From NCBI GenBank assembly GCA_964645535.1, contig CAZYCQ010000032.1:1-10847 (forward strand): 10,847 nucleotides of DNA. The letters run 5' to 3'. Positions within the stretch are counted from its first letter, which is position 1, and every line of letters begins with the position of its first letter. Shown here in pieces: positions 7,285 through 10,847 of this stretch. Made by a program: the position numbers and the translations under genes. Under the pieces are notes generated by a model. The model saw nothing but the letters and a program-made list of their open reading frames with translations, did no database searches and was not told the origin of the DNA. The DNA comes from an uncultured archaeon (GTDB taxonomy: Archaea; Asgardarchaeota; Heimdallarchaeia; Heimdallarchaeales; Kariarchaeaceae).

Positions 7285-8019
7285 TTGTACAATATGACAG
7301 AAACCGTGTCCTTCAAAAGAGATTTAGAAGGGATTCCGACAATTAAGCTTGTAATCTATGGTCCGGCAGAAGCTGGAAAAAGTACTTTATTGGAACTTTA
7401 TTCCATCATTCGCAGAATAGAGAATCCAAGATCCTATTCTGGAAAGTTAGCTTCAGTTAAAAATCCATTTGAAGAAACTGCATTGTTTGATCAGAATACA
7501 TTTGTGGTTGATAGTAAACAAGATAGGCAAGGTCCCTTACTTAAATACATGATCTATGCAGTTGCGGGACAAGATAGATACAAAGAAACCAGGGAAATTG
7601 TGTTGAATGGGTCAGAAGGAGTTTTATTGCTTCTTGATGCCAATAAGGCACAAAAGGATCGAAATCGGAAAATAATCAGAGAATTGAAGGAGTTTCTTGG
7701 AGATAAATTAGGCGTAAATGTTCCAGTGGTTGTTGCCTTGAATAAGATTGACATTAGCAGTGCAATCAGATTCAGCAGGGATGAAATCAATCAAATACTT
7801 CGAGAAGAAGGGCTTGGAGACAAAATTCCATTATTTGAGATATCCTGCCTCGATGCCAAAGATGATCTTTTGGAAATTCTCAAAAAAGAAGACAAGCAAA
7901 GCTATTTCGATGACAACGGCAATTTCAAAAAAGAGATGAGACCAGAGTCCGTTAAAAATCTAATTCGTCCAATCTATGAACTGACAAAACAAGTTATTGA
8001 GAAAAAAACAGGCGCTTAG
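7285..8019 (+). CDS. MglA-like small GTPase (Ras superfamily)
   Basis: G1 KLVIYGPAEAGKST; G2 region GKLASVKNPFEETALFD; MglA-type G3 lacking Asp, YAVAGQ (MglA: YTVPGQ); then IVLNGSEGVLLLLDA; G4 VVALNKID; G5 EISCL. The start is TTG 7285 or ATG 7294. Confidence 0.9.
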   Translation: MYNMTETVSFKRDLEGIPTIKLVIYGPAEAGKSTLLELYSIIRRIENPRSYSGKLASVKNPFEETALFDQNTFVVDSKQDRQGPLLKYMIYAVAGQDRYKETREIVLNGSEGVLLLLDANKAQKDRNRKIIRELKEFLGDKLGVNVPVVVALNKIDISSAIRFSRDEINQILREEGLGDKIPLFEISCLDAKDDLLEILKKEDKQSYFDDNGNFKKEMRPESVKNLIRPIYELTKQVIEKKTGA

Positions 8020-8891
8020 CCAGTGTTAGGACGAAAGATGAGGGTGGGAGAACCATCATCACTGAAATTAATGTCCATGATCCATTGGTTGCCAAATTCA
8101 TCGATAAGAGGGAGTATTTCAGGAGGCAATGTTAAACTACCATCATCAGAAAACAATATTTTTCGTGTGGAGGAAAGGTCAGAGATGTTGACTCCTGCAC
8201 CATGCTCCCCGATCAGACGACCATCAATTAGTTCCAAGGTTCTGTTTGCATGTTTTGCTACATGCTGTGAATGAGTGACAATCAAGAATGCAGTACCCAC
8301 CTCCTTGTGAATATCTTTAAACAAACCCATCAAACGTTCTGAATTCTCATAATCAAGGTTTCCCGTAGGTTCATCTGCCAAGATAAGATTTGGACGGGTA
8401 ATGAGTGCCCTTCCGATCGCGACACGTTGTTTTTCACCACCAGAAAGTTGTGAAGGAAGATTATCTCTTACATGATATATGTCCAAGAGTTTTAACATTT
8501 CATCAGCTAAATAATTTCTTTGGTTTTTTGGAGTTCCAGCAAACTGGAGAGTAAGCATGAGATTTCTTTTTGCAGAGAGGAATGGGATCAGATTTCCTTC
8601 TTGGAATACATATCCCAGAGTTTTCCGTCTGAAATTCACCAAGTCTTCCTCTTCAAGTTCAGATATTATGATGTCTTGAAATTGGACTGTTCCTGCACTT
8701 GGTTTTTGGAGTCCCCCCAATATACGAAGAAGAGTACTTTTTCCGGAACCACTGGTTCCCACAATGGATATAAAATCGTGATGATAGATTTCTAGATTTA
8801 TTCCATGAAGTGCAACCACATTTGAAGCCTTGTCCTTTCCCCGATAAATCGCGTAAACGTTTTTTGCAGTCATTAATTTTTTATCATCCAT
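8016..8891 (-). CDS. ABC transporter ATP-binding protein, LolD/MacB/SalX family, with C-terminal AbrB/MazE-like extension
   Basis: Walker [11 protein letters not shown]-loop GYVFQ, signature [15 protein letters not shown], Walker B/D-loop [12 protein letters not shown]-loop IVTHS. An SD-like AAGGAGTGA overlaps the permease stop, 7 nt upstream of the ATG. Confidence 0.96.
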   Translation of the reverse strand: MDDKKLMTAKNVYAIYRGKDKASNVVALHGINLEIYHHDFISIVGTSGSGKSTLLRILGGLQKPSAGTVQFQDIIISELEEEDLVNFRRKTLGYVFQEGNLIPFLSAKRNLMLTLQFAGTPKNQRNYLADEMLKLLDIYHVRDNLPSQLSGGEKQRVAIGRALITRPNLILADEPTGNLDYENSERLMGLFKDIHKEVGTAFLIVTHSQHVAKHANRTLELIDGRLIGEHGAGVNISDLSSTRKILFSDDGSLTLPPEILPLIDEFGNQWIMDINFSDDGSPTLIFRPNTG

Positions 8892-8898
8892 TTTTCAA

Positions 8899-10847
8899 TC
8901 ACTCCTTCGTCGAAATAGTCAAGTCTTGGTTGATTGCATGTCGAGCACTAAGAAGAACTGAAAAGACAACGCCTATGATGATGATTGCAGAATTGAAGAA
9001 AATCAAAAGTGGATCTATTACCACATACCTCGGAATTGTAATTCCCAATAATAATTGCTTAATGAAACCAAAAAATCCATTGATCAAGAAGGAAAGACCA
9101 ATACCTATTAGATTAGCCAATAATGTTGCAATGAAGACAATCAAGAAATTTTCTCCAAAAATAACAAGATAAAGCTGGCGTGGGGTTGCGCCCAGTGTTT
9201 GAAATATTGCGAAATCTTGTTTTCTCTTTTCAACAAGAACGGCTGAGAAAGTAAAGGCACCAATGAAGGCCATTATCAGCGAAGTCAAATACATTAGATT
9301 GAGAATGCCTGAAATTCCAAACTGATCTTCTGATTTTGCTGTTTTTAATTCTGTTTGAAGACCGATAACTTCTGCAACATCAGGAAGTTTTTCAAGTTCT
9401 TTCATGACAAGAGCTTCATTGTTTGAATCGTCTAACTTCACCAGATAATCGGAAGCATTCAAGCCAGATTTGGGTGAAATCAGGGAAGTTATGCTTTGGA
9501 TGGTTTTCAATGATGTGATTCCTGCTGTCGAAGGAATTCCTCCAGGAGCAAATTCAAAGATACCTGCAATGGTTACATTATATCGGATAATTGTTGAATG
9601 ATTGTTTTCAGATTGAAATTTCACCGAAATAACATCCCCCTTTCCTACGTCGAGGATCTCTGCAGCAGTTCTGCCCAAGAGTACAAAGTTGTCATTTTTC
9701 TCCATCTGAACGAAAAGGGACGGATCAATTGCTCTTGGATCCCAATTAAGGAATTGTAGAAATGACGAATTCATTGCAAAAAGGGATCCGCGATAACTCA
9801 AAACCCTCAACGGTTTTTTGATGATAGGGGTGAATTGTTTGATGTGGGATATGGGTCTCAATTGGTCAGAATAATTTCCTTCTTCTGAAAAGACAATCTT
9901 GATATCTGCACCCACATTGAATTTGACCATTGCTTCTTTTTGAGCTAGATCAGTACGCCCTTGGATTGATGCAATGGAAACAATAGAAATGGCAAGAACC
10001 AAGATAATAATGAGATGTTTCGCGTCGCCACGACGTTTTAACCCGCTTTTAATTATCAGACCGACATTTTTCAGTTTGGGAAGATTGACAAATTGATTTT
10101 CAAATCTTTCAGAAAGAGTTTGAACCAACCGGCCAGATGCGGTAATACCACCTATCCAAAGCGCAGGCAAGGCAAACATTCGAAGGAGGAGGTCATTGAC
10201 AAAGAAATTTTCCAAAGGAGGAATAAATTTAATGGATTGCAGTATAACAACAAAAGCCGCAAAGCCACCATAAATCAACAATATCAGATCGATGTTGTTC
10301 CTTGCAATGAAACCTAATTTTTCTTCGGAATACAATTGGATACCGGAATAGATTTCCTCTTTAATGAACTGTTTGGCTTTTTTCTGAATGGCAAGTAACA
10401 TGGTAAAAAAAGGGATTATTGAAGCAATCAAGACAAACTGAACATTTGCATCTATAAAAGGGGCGATTAGGTGCCAATTGAAGGATAAAAAGCCTGATGA
10501 CGCAATAATCAGCCATACAGAAAGATTTGCACCAAGGAAACCAATCATGGATGCAATGAGAAATACCAATAACCCCTCTCGACGGATACCTGAGAGAATT
10601 TGGTCAGAATAAGCACCTTGAACTTTAAAAATCGCAATTTCCTGCCTTCTTTCTTCAAGAGAGAGGGTGAGACCAAATATTAGAAGATAAATGGCCAAAA
10701 CCACAAGAGGAAGTAAAACTACGATATCAAAGAACATAAGAAAGAACATGGTGAGTTGAAAAGGTGCAGTCAAGGTTTCAATTTCATTGGTACCGATCAC
10801 ATTGTCACCAGAAATTCGACTGACATCATTGATCAATTCCTGTATTT
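8899..10847 (-). CDS. ABC transporter permease, FtsX/MacB family with two FtsX domains; 5' end lies outside the window
   Basis: Two FtsX signatures (SLEERRQEIAIFKVQGAYSDQI and VLVEKRKQDFAIFQTLGATPRQL), multiple TM segments, and an extracellular domain with LGRTAAEILDVGKGDVI. The frame is open beyond the track's TTG (10836) to the window edge, so the true start is probably upstream. Confidence 0.93.
   Translation of the reverse strand, partial: IQELINDVSRISGDNVIGTNEIETLTAPFQLTMFFLMFFDIVVLLPLVVLAIYLLIFGLTLSLEERRQEIAIFKVQGAYSDQILSGIRREGLLVFLIASMIGFLGANLSVWLIIASSGFLSFNWHLIAPFIDANVQFVLIASIIPFFTMLLAIQKKAKQFIKEEIYSGIQLYSEEKLGFIARNNIDLILLIYGGFAAFVVILQSIKFIPPLENFFVNDLLLRMFALPALWIGGITASGRLVQTLSERFENQFVNLPKLKNVGLIIKSGLKRRGDAKHLIIILVLAISIVSIASIQGRTDLAQKEAMVKFNVGADIKIVFSEEGNYSDQLRPISHIKQFTPIIKKPLRVLSYRGSLFAMNSSFLQFLNWDPRAIDPSLFVQMEKNDNFVLLGRTAAEILDVGKGDVISVKFQSENNHSTIIRYNVTIAGIFEFAPGGIPSTAGITSLKTIQSITSLISPKSGLNASDYLVKLDDSNNEALVMKELEKLPDVAEVIGLQTELKTAKSEDQFGISGILNLMYLTSLIMAFIGAFTFSAVLVEKRKQDFAIFQTLGATPRQLYLVIFGENFLIVFIATLLANLIGIGLSFLINGFFGFIKQLLLGITIPRYVVIDPLLIFFNSAIIIIGVVFSVLLSARHAINQDLTISTKE

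Noticed and set aside
7285-8019. GPN-loop GTPase (RNA polymerase assembly factor), suggested by proximity to rpoB
   Set aside because: It has no GPN motif or DTPGQ, and the motifs and spacing match the MglA/Ras-like class.
8007-8027. Imperfect inverted repeat AACAGGC...GCCAGTGTT across the convergent stop codons as a bidirectional terminator
   Set aside because: The stem is short and bulged, and archaeal termination does not generally rely on hairpins; likely coincidental.

Overview
Archaeal genomic window, most likely from an Asgard archaeon. Heimdallarchaeia-like affinity is an inference from an unsplit RNA polymerase B subunit, an MglA-type small GTPase, 40-aa TPRs and frequent TTG/GTG starts. 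From left to right: (1) a partial minus-strand gene missing from the ORF track, encoding a 26-aa HEAT/LRV-like repeat protein; (2) full-length unsplit rpoB/rpo2, flanked by neither rpoH nor rpoA', so the canonical archaeal RNAP operon is broken; (3) a 252-bp divergent intergenic region with a stem-loop and a palindrome; (4) a plus-strand three-gene cluster encoding a TPR / ~345-aa coiled-coil / winged-helix protein, a 32-aa-period Sel1-like solenoid, and an MglA-like Ras-superfamily GTPase with altered catalytic residues and no adjacent roadblock gene; (5) a convergent MacB/LolD-type ABC ATPase with a C-terminal AbrB-like domain plus a double-FtsX permease that runs off the window. The best candidate for an undescribed system is the TPR-coiled-coil-wH / Sel1 / MglA-like GTPase module. 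No RNA genes, CRISPR arrays or mobile elements were seen.
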